Origin: Auanema rhodensis
Taxonomy: Eukaryota > Animalia > Nematoda
Assembly (NCBI GenBank): GCA_964057225.1
Contig: OZ059899.1
Coordinates: 6,758,001 to 6,822,000 of the forward strand
DNA length: 64,000 nt
Direction of reading: 5' to 3'
Shown here: positions 25,030-39,622 of the stretch, one piece after another
How positions within the stretch are numbered: position 1 is the first letter of the stretch
How the letters are laid out: each line of letters starts with the position of its first letter
Program-made: the position numbers and the translations under genes
Notes under the pieces: model-generated
Told to the model about the DNA's origin: nothing
Database searches by the model: none
What the model saw: only the letters and a program-made list of their open reading frames with translations

Positions 25030-28000
25030 ATACGTTTTTATAAGCTCAAAAGTATTCTTAATTCAAAACGAAAAGAGATTACAAGTGAAGAACAAGACGA
25101 GGATATGTATGTAGTTTATATATAACACATGTATTAATTAAATTTTTTAAAAAATACAGTGAAATCTTTGTTTCCTTTTATTTCTGACATTTAAAATATA
25201 GTATAAATTTGAAAGGAAAAGTTTCTTTTAAATAGCTAATCTATAAGTAGAACATAGTAGTATCTAAAATAGGTAGAGCACAGGAAGTGTAATGGATATC
25301 TAGTTCATAATTGCTTGTTGAAATAAAAAGAGCAAAACATTAGGTATCCTATTATAATATGAAGTAGTGAAAAAAAATCTCGTGAAAAAATAGACAGAAG
25401 TGTGAAAAGAATGATAGAAAACCTTGTAATGGATTCATGTAGTGCATGTTGAGAATATGCATGAAAAATCTTGTTTCCAGAGGCATTTTCATGTTTTTAT
25501 TGGAAAAAAAACTGTCATATCCAACAAAATGTAAAGATAAAATGAGAGAAAAGTTTCATATAAACAGTGAAAAATAAAAGTAAAAGATGCATAAATGCTG
25601 AGAGGCAAGAGCAGCTGAACAACTTTGCATGTAATAAATCCTTTGTTAACTCTCGTTTTATACGCATACGGTGTTTTTAACTGAGAAGCATTAACACCCT
25701 CAGGTGAAGATGAGGGGAAGGACTTAAATGGAGATATATCAGATCTAAAACTAAGTTGCTGGCTTTGCGTGCTATTTAATCACTTGAACAAGTGGCACTG
25801 AACTGATCTTTCGACCAAAGTCTTTATTATGTGGCAAATGAACTAAATATATGTGATAGATACATTTATATAAATTCATGCATATATATAAATATATATA
25901 TATAGTTATATCTATATCTATATGCTTAAATATGATATATAGATTCAAATATTATAATTTGAAAGAAATATATTTAGTTATTTTAGTATATCATTTATGA
26001 GCATTATACCTATTACATCTAGTTAAGATATACTATATGTTTTATTTTTAATATGTTGATCAATAATATTAAAATTGTATTGAAGAATTGACGAAAAACC
26101 TAAAAATATTTTTTCTTTTTCGATCAGAATAAAGGTTCTTTTGTCTTTGTATCACTGATTTAGCTCAATGATTAGCAATTATTCTTACTCAATTGACAAC
26201 TATATCTTGTCGCTTAATAGACATGGATGTTCATTCATCAAACTCATTTTCGTTTCAGGGAATTTATTATAAAAGAAGATTTATGATATTCTGATGAGAA
26301 TTATGCACATACCAAAGGTATAGAACATGAAATTATGTTCAGACATATTAGCATAATGAACGATAATATGCATATATCTCGTGAAATTTAGGCGAAATCG
26401 TTGTATCATTATTTCATTACAAACCCACGTATTGATCGGTTGCTTTTAATAATTCTTTTAATTTTATTTTACATAAGGTCATGAAAAAAAAGATAAAAAA
26501 ACTCAAAAAATTAACAGTTGGTATTGAATAAAGAATTGAATCAAGTCTAGGTAGTGCTTCTCTAAATGGCAAATATATTACGAAAAAAGAACATAAGGAT
26601 TAAGTCATAGCGAGCTTTGTAGAATTCCCTAGTATCATCTTTATGGTGAGCATTTAATACAAATGTCTGAGTTAATATGGAAAATAGACACACGTTCAAG
26701 AACCGGTAAGGAAGCAAATATGAGGAATAATACATAGTTCGAATAGAAAAATTTCTATAATTGATGATATTATCACAATATCTCTTTTAGACAAATATAG
26801 CAAACAAATTATTTGAACGTATCATGCCTCATAAGAACAATCTAAATATCATGTCCACCATAACATTGCCGCATCAAACAACAAAAACGACAAAGATCAT
26901 GAAAGATTCAATTGGATTGCCTTTGATTTCTGGAGAATTTTTGAATGGTTGAATGGAAACGATGAAAAAACAATATTAGCAACAAAGAAGATTAGAAAAA
27001 ATGTTTCTATAGTAATACTAGACTTTCTTAATGATCTGAATTGAGATACGAATTAGTGAATAAAAACAAGAACTCAATATTATACGGATTTTTGATATAT
27101 TCACGTATATTTGTGTACATTTGTTCGTTATAGTTCAGAAATCCGAGATAGTTCAGTGATGTCACCACTCAATTTCTGATTAAGATCCACTTTTAGACTG
27201 AGAAACATCATTAAATGAATAGTAGGTTCTGTTGTCGTCTAGTAATCTATTATCATGTGTCATGTGCGAGATCCGAGCGGGTAGACGTCAAAGACTTAAA
27301 GGAGGGTGAACGGAAATTATATTTCCTTTTCAAGTATTTGGATTTACACTAACTGGCACGTTTTTCAATTTTTCGCTTACTCATCTCACTTGTTCCTCCT
27401 ATTTTTGGAGGACTCTATCTGAATTCAGTTATTCTATATATGGTTTGTGTTTCGTTAGCGATTACAATTCCAATGCTTTGAACCAGGAGTAAAACGTAAA
27501 ATTAAAAAATTAGCAAAGATTCATTAAATGTGTGTTTATGAAGTGTCATGATTATTGGGATTTATCTTCTTTTCTCAACTTGATTATTCAATTAATGTCT
27601 TTACTAAATAGAAAATTCGAATAATTATAGAAAGTTTAAACAATACTCATAATCTTTAGCTATAAAATTATTTTTATAGATAACGGAAACAATCATATGT
27701 GAGCATAGAAGATTTTGTATTTAAACTTTGAACAGCTAATGTAGATATAAGAGCCAGGTAGAAGCATTTCAATGTGTTTCTGTTTTATAAGAGAAATATA
27801 TACAGTTATTAAGTTAAAGAATACAATTTTTTTGCAGTTTGCTAAAGCTAACTCTGAGAAAACCAAACAACGAATGATATACGTTAAAGGCGAAGATCAT
27901 CTTTTAACTTAATTTCGAAGTTGACAAACCATTACTGGAAAGCGAAAAAACTAAAAAGAAAAGAACGAAATCATGAAAAATGTTGAAAAAAAGATTTTGA

Positions 28001-31000
28001 ATCAGAATAAACGCTATATGTTCAGATGGATTGCTTTGAATGAAGGATTGAGCAGTCTGGTTTTGCAAACTAAAAACATCAAAATATAAGATTTCAACCT
28101 ACATATGACTTTTTTCATGATAACGAAAATAAATGTTTTTAAAATAACAAAAGAGATGTAATATTGAAAATAAAAAAAACTAATTGTGACATAGAGTGGA
28201 AACATAAGCAACACTATTTATTATAAGACGACTAGTAATTTTTTTGAGAAAAAAATGAATACGACTGCATGTGCTCATCTCGAAATTGCCATAATACTTA
28301 ATTATTCAGGTAAGATAGAGTGAGAAGAAGAGATATATATACAAAGCTAGAGAGAAGGACAGTTTTAGACATATATCTGCCACAAGAATAAATATAAAAA
28401 ATACGGATTTCTCTAAAGACACGCTTAGAAAATAGCTTCACATTGGATGCTTGAGAAAAGATGCGTTAATAAATTCTTGGAGAAGTAATCTCAATGAACG
28501 AGACATTCGAACGGTCATTAGATTATATTCTCACAATCACACTCTAACAAGAATATTTTTTAGATTTTGTGAACTCGGACAACTTATTAATTGTCTATAA
28601 GAGAACTGAATAGTTAATGAAAACTCAGTAGATAGAATGTAAATGAGAAGATGAACAAGGAAAAAAGAAGATTAGATAATGTAGATCCACATAGAAAAAG
28701 AAAGATAATGAGCAAATGAAAGAAACTAATGAAGAAGTGTGCAAAAGTATAAAGTGTAAATTCATCTTTTATGCTTTTATTTCTCAAAATCAGTACAATT
28801 AATATTTTTGAATAAAAAATTTTTTAGAAAATTTTGACGGATCTATACTAAAATGCAACCATATACAAAAAGCCTAGTAACTCTTTGTTATTAATGCCAC
28901 TGCCGACTTGATTAGCATCTAATTTTTAAACGAAAAACTTGTAAGCTGTAACTTTGGAAATAAAAACTGCAAAGAAAACGGTGGATATGAGCGTGAAGTA
29001 AACTTAAAACTTTTAGCAAGCTTATTCAAACATTCGCCATTCACTAACGTTTGCTATATAAAAAAGTGAATGACGACGATAAAGAAGACTCGAAGACAGG
29101 TGTCTGAATCCCATGATAAGCTCGGATAGTTAGTAGAAGAAGAAATGCGCAAAGTGTATAACGCGTAAAAAAACTAGCAAACACTTGTTTGAAATGTTGT
29201 ATTGGATTTTTTTGACAGTTTGCCTTATGATATATCTTAGGAGAGCGGTTAAAAATATCGAACTTTTTTTTTCTTCAAACACACGAAAGAAATGAAAGAA
29301 ATAACACAAGAAACATATAAAACTGCATGTATAACATGAATGATCGAAAACATTATGAATTTCAAATCATAGATGTATAAGATTTGGAGATAAAGATATC
29401 ATGATACTTGAACTGCTCTGAAAATTCTGAGAAGGTAGTGTCATTGGCATAAACTTCATGTGAGGATTTAATATTAAAAACTCCCTTCAAATCCTCCTTC
29501 GTTAAGTTTACTGGAATCAATGCTTATTTCTAAACTTTCATCGAAATGGATTTCAAAGCCTTTTTATAGAATAATGGACTGAACTTCGGCCAGAAAGAGA
29601 GCCATCTCGCAGATATCTTCAAGGCATTTCAGAAGTAGAAGAAGTATGTTTAATGAACAGAAAGTAGGAAAATGAGTAGAGAGACGAAACGTGTTAAAAT
29701 CTATTGCCATGGGATATTAAAAAGACTCTAGAATTGAAGAAAAGTGTCGAGAAATGAATCTACACCAACATACACATGAAACGACACGGAAGCAAAAGCT
29801 GAAGAAAGTTATGTTATTTTGCTGACTTCTCATGCGTATCATTTAATTTTTTTGCTCTAAAATTAATAAATTGTCTTTCAAAAAATGAAACGCTAAATTA
29901 ACCGAAAGTATTCTGCACTAAATAAAACGGCTAAAACAAAATGTAGAGAGTGTGTATGTAAAGCAAAGAGATTGGAAAGTAGATGACAAAATCTCAAAAA
30001 GCTCATTGACTTTTCTAGTTGTTCAAGTGGTAAAATTCATTTTGTATAAGCCTTCAATTTAAAATGCTAAATATTATAAATTTTCTTTTTTTTGTTCTGT
30101 CAAGTAAGAATAAATATATCCAGCATCAAGGGACATGACTTATAAGACTGAAGAGATGATCAAAAACGGGCTCTTGTCTTCTTTGGAAATGAATTACGCT
30201 TTGACCTTAACCAACTAAATTCATTCCTTTGTAATTGGCAGAAAAGCACATAATTAAAAGTAAAGCAATCTGCTTTAAGCTCTTGAAGGAACATGTAATT
30301 CCTCAACAGATTACAAGACAGTTAACTATATTAGTTCACCAAATTTAAGAAGAAAATTAAATGGCTACCTGTTGGGTTCACTTCCAGATTTGGAAATGAT
30401 CACGCAATGAAATTAAGAACTGTTCAAAAACCATGAATTAACTTACTTGGTTTTTCATGTTTAGGTATAAAAACTATTGTTTTTGTTATATTTTAAAAGC
30501 ATTAAAAGGGTTGCACATGAATCAACATACCTGTTACATCATATTACAATTAATGAGAGAAAATAGGTATTTCTAAAATAAGAATATGGCAAAATTAGTT
30601 TTTTAAAAAAGCAGGTGAAATAAAAATTATAGTTAATAAGATGGTGAAAAATAGGTATGTAGCTATTTGCAAAGCTGTATTTAGCCTCTTTTTTATTTGC
30701 AAGAAATAACAAATCAAGGTGTATTACGTCGTAGTAAAGCGAGAAATAGAAGCTTCTCATTAGTCAGATTTATTCAAGAAGTTCAAAAATATCCGTGAAC
30801 TCAATAGGTAAGCGCTAAAAGAAGATTCGAAAGAATACTGATCCATATACGGAACTGAATATTCAATGAAACTAGAATAGCTTATAAGAGAAGGAAGTGA
30901 GAAGTAGAAGATGTTGAAGTGAAAAGAATGAGAAAAAATGAATACAAGAGCACTGATAGACCTTGCGTTAAGCAGATCAAATTCTTCTAAAGTGTGAAAT

Positions 31001-31491
31001 TCTCATTGCGCGGTGATCAGAAGAGGGGAACAATGTGAGCACTCTAGAAACTCTTCGGTTTAAATCACAAGGTCTACTATAAGAAACCTTTCATTCCAAT
31101 TCTAGCTTCATTGAAAAATAATCTAGTTTAAATTAATTATGAGAAGCGTTAGGTTAGTGGAGAAAAACAAAACGAAACTATAAAGATGTTTTCAAACGAT
31201 ATTTTTCAGCTATCATCATAAATAGGAGAATCATGCTATCCTGCGACAACTTCTTAAAAATTTTTTTCATTTCGGTCAATAGAAGATAAAAGTTTTTAAG
31301 TTAAGAAGCGGTCTCACATTTAATCGTGTCAACGGGGTCAAGCGTGAGCTCTAATTTAGTAAATGATTGCAACCTAGGAAAAATGGCTTAAAGGTTCTCT
31401 GATCAACATTTTAGACAACGAATTAAAATGTCAAAAGCTCAATTAAAGTAGTCGTATTGTTGTGCACGAGCTCATCAAAGATATTTGTTAT

Positions 31492-31522
<31 letters not shown>

Positions 31523-31545
31523 GAGAGATAGAGAGAAAGAGAGAG
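31492..31545. repeat. Imperfect (TA)n followed by (GA)n microsatellite
   Basis: Directly visible. Confidence 0.85.
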
Positions 31546-32391
31546 GTATATATAGAAGAACGAAGAACGCTAAGTACAACCATATTTCACTATTAAACAG
31601 TAAAAACGTCCTATAACACCTAGTAAGCATAACTAGGCGGTTTTGCATTATTAATCAGTTCTTTAAAAAAAACATATTAGTGATTAGTTAAACTATATTG
31701 AACTTCCAAGACAAAACTATTTCGTTTTCTCACAAAATTGGATCTAAACAAAAGGAACTTTCAACATAACACAAATTCAAAAAAATTAAGCTTACTTGAT
31801 TTTGGCATGGAACAATGTCTAACTTTTCCAAAACGCTCTTTTATTGATCAGATGTTCTAACATCGTCTTTAGAAATCGGATATCTTGAATGCAAAGAAGT
31901 CTCTTTTTGTTGCACTAAGTCATAAAAAAACTTAAATAGTTTTGCTGAAAATTGGAGAATCAGAGCAAAACATGAATGAAATAGAATCACAAAATGCTAA
32001 ATGTCCAATAACTGAAGGCAAGCTTGCTGTTCTTGCTACCAAAAAATGCGGAGACGTATGAACCATGTTGCAAGTTGTCAAAACTGTGAAGAACATAAGA
32101 TTGTAATGGGAATATAGTGGATGTTTAAAGGTCGATTACTTCGTACTCTGGACCTACTCTCAGGCATGATGGAAACTAACAACTATTTTCCAATATTAAA
32201 CTTTAATAAAAACGAATCTATTTTTTTATGAATAAACGACTTCATATTATATGTCAACACGAATGTTCTGAGTGAACTTATTTAATATAAAAAATAAGAA
32301 GAGATTATTTATAAAAAAATGAATGAGTTTTTTTTTCAGGATGAATATAACTCAATGTATTAATCATAATATAATATAACTAAATAATACA

Positions 32392-33381
32392 TTAACTATT
32401 CTCAACGAATACGGTATCCTGCTCATTCAATACCTGACCACATAAGTCAGAATAATCCAGTTGTTTTCCAAGTTCCACATGATAAACGGATAATACCTAA
32501 TATTAGAACAAATTTGAATATATCAAATGAAAACTGACCCCAGAAAACTCTGTGTGCTTCTTAGTAAAACAACTGATTGCTCTTCCAAGAGTCCAACTTT
32601 TACCAATCAAAATAGGCTCCCTTCCATTAGCCCACTCAACAAAAATTATTAGTTGCTCATTAGGACCAAGATCAGATTTATTGTTTAACTTTAATTTCAT
32701 TAACGCCACCTTATCCATTTTAGCTTTCTGGGCATCAGTCAGTTTTATATTCTAGAACAAAATGTAAAAAAAGCTCACGAATATCAAAACCTTTTTAGGG
32801 TGTTCTACATTGACTGCTCTAGAAGAAAATTCTTCTGAATGTACACCACAAGCTTCACGAATAACTGCCATCTTTTCCGCAACTTCTTCTTTTTTATTTT
32901 TGGGAATATGTGCACAACAGTGTTCATCTTCATGACGATGTCTAAAAATTGTTAACAAATTGATAAGCCAAAATAATTTTAGCTAACTTTAAGCAGAAGT
33001 TCAACAGACATAAAGAACAAACTATTTTGATGCTTTCTGCATTCGAGCATCCCTGAAGCTATGTTATACAATATTTTAATTTTAAGTTACCTCTTTACTA
33101 CAAATAAAAGGACGGACGGGTGCACAATTACTTGAACCTTGCTTCTCATCATACTGCTTAGTATCATCACACCCATGAATAAATCTATGATCGGAACTAA
33201 GAGTACTTTTAACTTTGTTAGTTACAGAAACTCTTACCAATAATAGCCTTCACATTTTTTACACAAGTAAGGAGTAAAATCTGAACTAAGCTTATGAAAG
33301 TTTATATTTCATTAAAAAAATACCAAGTTTATTACAAGAATTCAAAGCACAATTTTTTCCTACATCTGGTAACTCCGCCAT
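32392..33381 (-). CDS. ZFAND1: AN1-type zinc finger protein 1 (ZFAND1/Cuz1-like), multi-exon
   Basis: First AN1 finger MAELPDVGKNCALNSCNKLDFLLLTCVKCEGYYCSDHRFIHGC. Second finger C..GC..CSLCLLNFCLKHRHEDEHCC. KVALMKLK and WTLGRAI in the ubiquitin-like C-terminus. Confidence 0.88.
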
Positions 33382-33761
33382 TCTGAATTTGAATTTAAAA
33401 TTTATGATTGAATTTGAAAAAAAAAGATGAGTTTTTATAATCATCATTTTCTTGCACCTGTTCAAACAACCAAACAAATGGAACTTAACTTATTTTACTT
33501 AACTTATTTTCATATGGGATAACGGTTAAATATAAGTATTGTGTTTTTAACATCAGAAATTATTTTTAAAAATTTGTATATGAATTTATTTTTCATTAAA
33601 TAAATATTGCTTATAATATCACTATATACATTTTCTGAAATTTTCTCCACGTAAGACGTGATGATGGTGGCTTTCGTTTGCGTACTCAATGAAGTCATAA
33701 AATCTAGGTAAACCAGCTTATAGAAAGATTATAGAAAATCCTCAAACACTAATTCATTAAA

Positions 33762-34589
33762 CTATTTATAAGAAACATCAATGCTATACGATCGGGTTCT
33801 TCCAAGAGGAGTCTTGCCAGGAGGGACAATTATCCGAGTAGAAGCTTCAGTCTAGAAAAGCACAACTTTTTCATTTTCAATAAATGTTGTTTAATTACCT
33901 CAACCATTTCGTCAATTATTGGAAAAGGATTTTCATATGCGTATCTATCAGTACTCCGAGGGGCTAGAGGCGGTCGTTCTATATTCGATGTAACCACTAC
34001 TTCCGCAATTTCAATTTCGTCTTCGTCTTAAAATATTCTCAAGTTTAATGTACTGAAGGAACTTATAATGAATTGCTATTGCCGTTAAAATAGTACCTAT
34101 GCTGAACCTTTTTCTAATGGACGGATGTGATGATATAAGTTTGTGGGATATGTTCGTAATTAAATTACTTGTTGCGGAAGGACATTTTGGAATAAGTCTA
34201 GAGCAGACAAATAAAAACTGAAAAAACAAGTGTAAATGAACCTGCAAGCATAGCATCCACAGCAACAGCATAACCAACATCCAAAAAAGAATGTCATCAC
34301 AAAAAGAAGAAGTAGCACACTTAGCCAATATCGACTATCTCCTGTAAATGGGCTCACCTTCTATTCTTAACACAGTTAAATGAAAAACCTTTAATTAACG
34401 GCTCATTTATCTCATCAACAGCATCTAGCAAAACTCTGAGAACTACAACAATCCCAACATTTATCAGTGTCATCTGAAATCTAAGATTTTAATTTCAAAA
34501 TAATTTTTTAAAAAACCCACCAAACACAATGAGATAAACACGCAAAGAACGGTGCTTTCATTTTTTTCGTTTCCTTTTTCAGCAAGCAT
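33762..34589 (-). CDS. Uncharacterised ~190-aa two-TM protein with a juxtamembrane Cys cluster, multi-exon
   Basis: Six exons splice in frame: MLAEKGNEKNESTVLCVFISLCLMTLINVGIVVVLRVLL..YWLSVLLLLFVMTFFFGCWLCCCCGCYACR..RKRFSI..YAYENPF..RTRSYSIDVSYK*. Confidence 0.7.
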
Positions 34590-34959
34590 AGAGTTTATAA
34601 CACAACTTCAATATTAATGGTAGTTTTCATTTTATTTGAGTAGATCGATATCAAACTGAATTCTCAATAGCATTAGGTAGTAATCCGAACAACTGATTTG
34701 TATGTAAATCTGACCAAATTTTCACAATTACGCCTCATTGGAGAACAACTAAATTTCGTTACTGTATGCTTAAGCATTTTGTTTTTATTTATAATATGAA
34801 ATAACAATAGTGAGCAAAGGTTTTCTTAAATAGTTGTCTAAAACTATTTCTAACTTAAGTATACTGTAACATAGTAAAAGTACGATGCAGTATCATTCTT
34901 CATAAATATAACTGTAAACTATCGTTATAGAATATTTATATACATCATATCACACGAGC

Positions 34960-35000
34960 TTCAAAATTTTTCATTTCGCGCCATTCTTAAAATTCAAAAT
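34960..35000 (+). promoter_or_regulatory. E2F site flanked by CHR-like hexamers in a divergent promoter
   Basis: TTTCGCGCC at 34974-34982, with TTCAAA at 34960 and ~34994. It lies ~150 bp upstream of the exportin ATG in a 540-bp head-to-head gap. Confidence 0.55.
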
Positions 35001-35129
35001 TTTTAAATGTCGAGCAGTTTCTTTTTGTGTTAGAGCGCTTTCATTTTATTAAAAGTCATGTAGCATTTTCTTAACGTGAATGAATTGTCTTTAATATATC
35101 ATAAAAAATTAAAGTGAAAATTTTAGAAA

Positions 35130-38100
35130 ATGAATAGAGAAGGTATTCAAAAAGTTATTGAAACGGTTTGCTTGATAAATAATCCCTCAACAAGTAATGA
35201 TGACAGGATCGCGGGAACTAAGGTTTGTCTAAAAATAAAAAGAGAAAAACCAATTCACTTCAGGCTATTGAATCATTAAAAGAGGGTAATCCTGAAATTC
35301 TTGCCGAAGTTGGTTTTGAGCTTGTTGCTTTAAATGAGAACTTACTTTCTCATGTAGGATGGACTTTTATTGAAGAAATTTTAAGGTTTTTTGTGAGGTC
35401 TATAGTTAAACAGCATGTTTTTCAGGTATAAATGGAATTCAATTCCCGTAGAATTTCGTGTTAATCTCAGGAATAAAATTCTTAGTTATCTGGAAGTTGG
35501 GCCGATTCAAGTAATACAATTTTTATTAATTTTATTGATGCTCTATTTAGCCAACAATTGAAAGCACTGCTCGAAGTGTGGAAGCTATGATGGAGCATGA
35601 ATGGCCTCAGAATTGGCCTGAATTATTCCCTCAGTTACAGAAAATGAGCACGATGAGTAAGCTCAAATATTAAAAAAAAAAGGAATATTTTAATACAGGC
35701 TATTTACATTGTTGCACGTCTTTTGCAATTTTTCGACGGTTGGTTGAGAATGTTGTTACGTTATCTAGTGTCGCTGTAAGTAAAATAACTTCCCATCTAG
35801 TCTATCTTTCTATTACAGTCAACACCTCGTCGTAAAGATATGTATAATGCTATAATACATTACTTACCCGATATGCTTGCAATGTCACTAGAAAGGATTG
35901 AAGCTTGCCAAAGTTCTTTGGTTAATCAGGAAGTTTCATTAATTTTGAAATCCGTGATCAGTTTTTTAGCTGAAGTGATTGCTATTAATAAGTATCAATT
36001 AAAATTGTTTTATGTTAGATCTGTGAATGGGCTCCATCTAACGTTCTTGATCCTGTCGCTGACCGTTTAGTTAGATTAATAGTCTCACACTTGAACACTG
36101 CTGAATTGAACATATACGAGATCGCTGCACGTTGTTTGGCAGCTTTATCTATTCGAAAAAAGTAAACAAAATTTTAAACCTTCGTCATAGTTTAACTTTT
36201 TTTGTAGAGAAAAAACCGAGAATGTTGTAGCTGCTTTCTTTCAATCAGAAGTGATATCCGCTATTCTAACAACAACAAGCAGAGCTGCCGAAGTAGCGCA
36301 TTCCAATGAAAGTCATTATTTATACTTGAAGGCTCTATGTGATTTATTAACATCTATCGGAAGTAGTATCTGAATTTATATTCTTACTATATTTGTACTG
36401 TTTCAGACAATCTTGCTAAAGTTTGGTCCGAAAAAAATTCACCACCTAACTTCGATGTTTTTCTTTCAGCGATTAATGCTTTTTTTCATCATTCTTCTTT
36501 GGTAATAACTTTTGTAATTCGCTTTTTTAAATTAATTATTCAGTATTTGAAATTAGAAGCAATTGAAGTTTTTGTAATTCTGTCACAAAGTTCCCTTTCT
36601 AAAGATCCAGCGTTTAGGAACGTTATGGTGGATGTTGTTGAGCATTTACCAGAAGCTTTATTGAGAGTATAACATATTTAATGTTTTTTTCACTTAATAT
36701 AATTTATGCAGCAAGGCTATCCTAGTGATATAACAAAATCTACTGCTCGACACTATTCGCATATGGATTTTGATGATGACAATGAATGGAGTACCAGCTT
36801 CATCAGTTAGTGTTCTTGTAGTTTTATCTTAAAGTAGATTATACCATGGTTATTTCAGAACTTAGAGAGAAAATCAGGGTTCTTATAAAACAGAGTTTGC
36901 CTTTTCATCTCAACCAGTACTTCCGTATTTTCAATGAATGGATATTTCAGAAGATTATTTCTAAAACTCCTAGTAAAAAAGCGTTTATTTATAGTTCTAT
37001 TTTATTTTATTTTATAGTTAAAAGTGAGGATTGGGATCCAATGCAAAAATACGCTAAAATGGTTATTCAGACTTCTCTAGAAAGCAAATTAGTTACGGAT
37101 GCAGTGAGTATCGCCTGAATTTTTAAAAAATTTATCCTGTATTTGTTAGCAAATAATTCACCAGCTCAATCGTTGGAGTGAGCAACTTTTACAACATATT
37201 GCTAGAACTAATGATTGGGACTTTGCTAGCGAGGTATAATAATGTATCTACCCAATGTCTTAAACAAGTATTAAGGTTCTGAGCATCCATTCAGCCTTTC
37301 TACCTCTATATGAAACGCATGGTGATGATCTTGTTAAATACATATCTGTTTTGAAACATTGTTTATTGTCTTCTAAGTGTCATAAAGTGCTTAATAGACA
37401 CTGTATTAGTCAAATTTTGAGAGTTGTTTCTTTATTTCCCACATTTTTCAAGGTTTGTCATTCCCAATTTTCATCTGAAATAATTTTATTTTCTACAGAC
37501 AAACATGAACTTAATGGTCACCTTGTGTGCGGATGTTCAAAGCCATATCTCCGAAATGCAGATGGCTCAACTTATTCAGGTTTTTATTACATATCTAAAA
37601 GATTTATAATTTAATATTATAGGTTTTGGCTGCGTTATCAAATCTTGTCGATGACAACACTACCAAGATGGAATTGCTACGGTTTGCTGTGTCGAGTGCT
37701 GCGGAATATATTATTTCAGTGGCGAAGTATGTAATGCGTTTCCAACATGCTCAATTTTCAATTTTTTCTAGTGATGTCAATTCCTTGGAAGATTTTATTT
37801 CGTTTAATGGATTTAATAATCCACCTCCAGAAGACCCTGATACTTCAAATAGACCAGATGTAGAACGTAGAAAAATGGTACATGGCTATCTTTAGGCTCA
37901 TTATTGTTATTGTTTTTAGCTTCGCTGTAATTTGTTTGCATTAGAAGGTGTACTAATGCAAGTGGAGAAAAATTCTCCTCTAAAAGAAGTGATCAAATCT
38001 CTGTATCCAGCAATTTTTAAACTTTCTAAATTTATCTTGGAGATAACATCCTCTAGTTCAGTAGCGAAAATGCATGAATCATATAAAGATATTAATAAAA

Positions 38101-39622
38101 TGACTGCTGCTGAGAAACAACAGATATATTGCAAGTTTTAATTTCAATTGCTCTTCTTTATTTTTTCTTCTCTTTTAGCACTTATGAATGAAGGAATCGA
38201 AAATCAAGTTGGTAAATCAGTAACGGATACAAGAGAGGGATTAGATATAAATCGACAATATATTACATGTCTTTCAGAAAATTGGTAAACATTTTTTTTA
38301 ACATTTAATGTAATAATGCTACTCCTTATAGTGTAAATATAATTTCTTATACATCTATGAAGTTTGGTGAAACTTTGTATTATGACCCAAATTTTGAACA
38401 ATATCTCAACAGTACTGCTATAGAAATATCCAAATTAGATATATTCCGTCTGCGTCTTTGGATCAAGAAGGGATGGTTTGTCTTTCGTTTTTTTTGTTTA
38501 TTTCTTGAACGTTGTTTAGGAAAAATCTGATATTCTACTGTCCACCAGAACGTAGATGTACATTTGTAAATTTAGTAACTCAAATCGCTGAGCATTTACA
38601 AACATATCTTACCCAACTCTGGAATCAAATAGCATCAATTGATTATGGTTTGTGACATACTACTGTTTTGGTTTTATTCTATGTTTCAGATGCATCGGAA
38701 GTAACCCAAGAAGAGTTGTTCAACGAGCATCTCGCTTGTGTTATAACTAGAGAGTACGTTGTTCTTCTTAGGTTGTTCTATCTTGGACAAGAAGCGGCTC
38801 CTGTAGTTGATGAAAAAGGCCACATTACAGTTGGAGCTTTAGGAAACTGGCTGTTAGAGAACAAGGTAATTATAACAATAAAAAATATCCTATTTTATAT
38901 TTTAATAGGTTGCTTTGGCACCAGTATTATTCACTTCTTTTTCTATTCTCACTTGGAGAGACACTATTGCTGCTATTCGTATTATTCCCGTTTGTAGAGT
39001 TTTTGTTGATCGAGTAAGTTTCTTATTTTAGTATGCGATGGACTAATTTTTATTTAGCTGTCGTCTAGTTACGATGATCAAGTTGCTGTAGCCATGCTGT
39101 TTTCTAGCATACAATCATTACAAATTCATGGACCAGATGAAGTCGCAGGCCCCTCTTTACTTGGGCTTATATTTCATATCTATATAACTTTAGTAAATGA
39201 TAGTTATAGTTTTTTTTTACTATCAACTTTTTTCAGAGAAAGTTTTCTAATTCCTTTCCTGGTGTGTTGCAACAGGTTCCAGAAGCAAGCGCCCAGGATG
39301 TGGAAGTTTTTGATAAAAAGGTACATATTAGATTAACTTTGAGAAAACATTAATTGCTCTTTCCAGATTCAAAGGTTGATAACAGGTGAAGAAATAATGC
39401 AGGAAAAGCAAAAAAGGGAAATGTTAAAAAAGTTATTGCGAGGCGTAATTTCGGTAAGACTAAAATACTTTCAATAGATATTATGTTCAATTTTTCTAGT
39501 TAACTACAAGTGAATTACATAAGCGTCCAGTATTTCTGAGACCTTTGGCAAAATTGGAAAAAAAAACGAAAGAAGAATACGTCCCTGACTTTTTAGCGAT
39601 TGCTGAAATGTTTGGAGCCTAA
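35130..39622 (+). CDS. XPO5: Exportin-5 (XPO5/Msn5)-like karyopherin, many short introns
   Basis: N-terminal NPSTSNDDRI..HVGWTFIEEILRYKWN..MMEHEWPQNWPEL. C-terminal LIFYCPPE, EELFNEHLACVITREY and LQIHGPDEVAGPSLLGLIFHIY..LR parallel recalled XPO5 motifs EWPQHWP, LVLFCPPE, EEQLVRMLTRE and LQMHGQH. Confidence 0.8.

Noticed and set aside
27155-27202. C/D snoRNA-like boxes
   Set aside because: Imperfect C box, too short and no recognisable rRNA guide.
29575-29640. LADIFKAFQ resembling a BEL/Pao reverse transcriptase motif
   Set aside because: Single short motif among stops, with no other RT motifs nearby.
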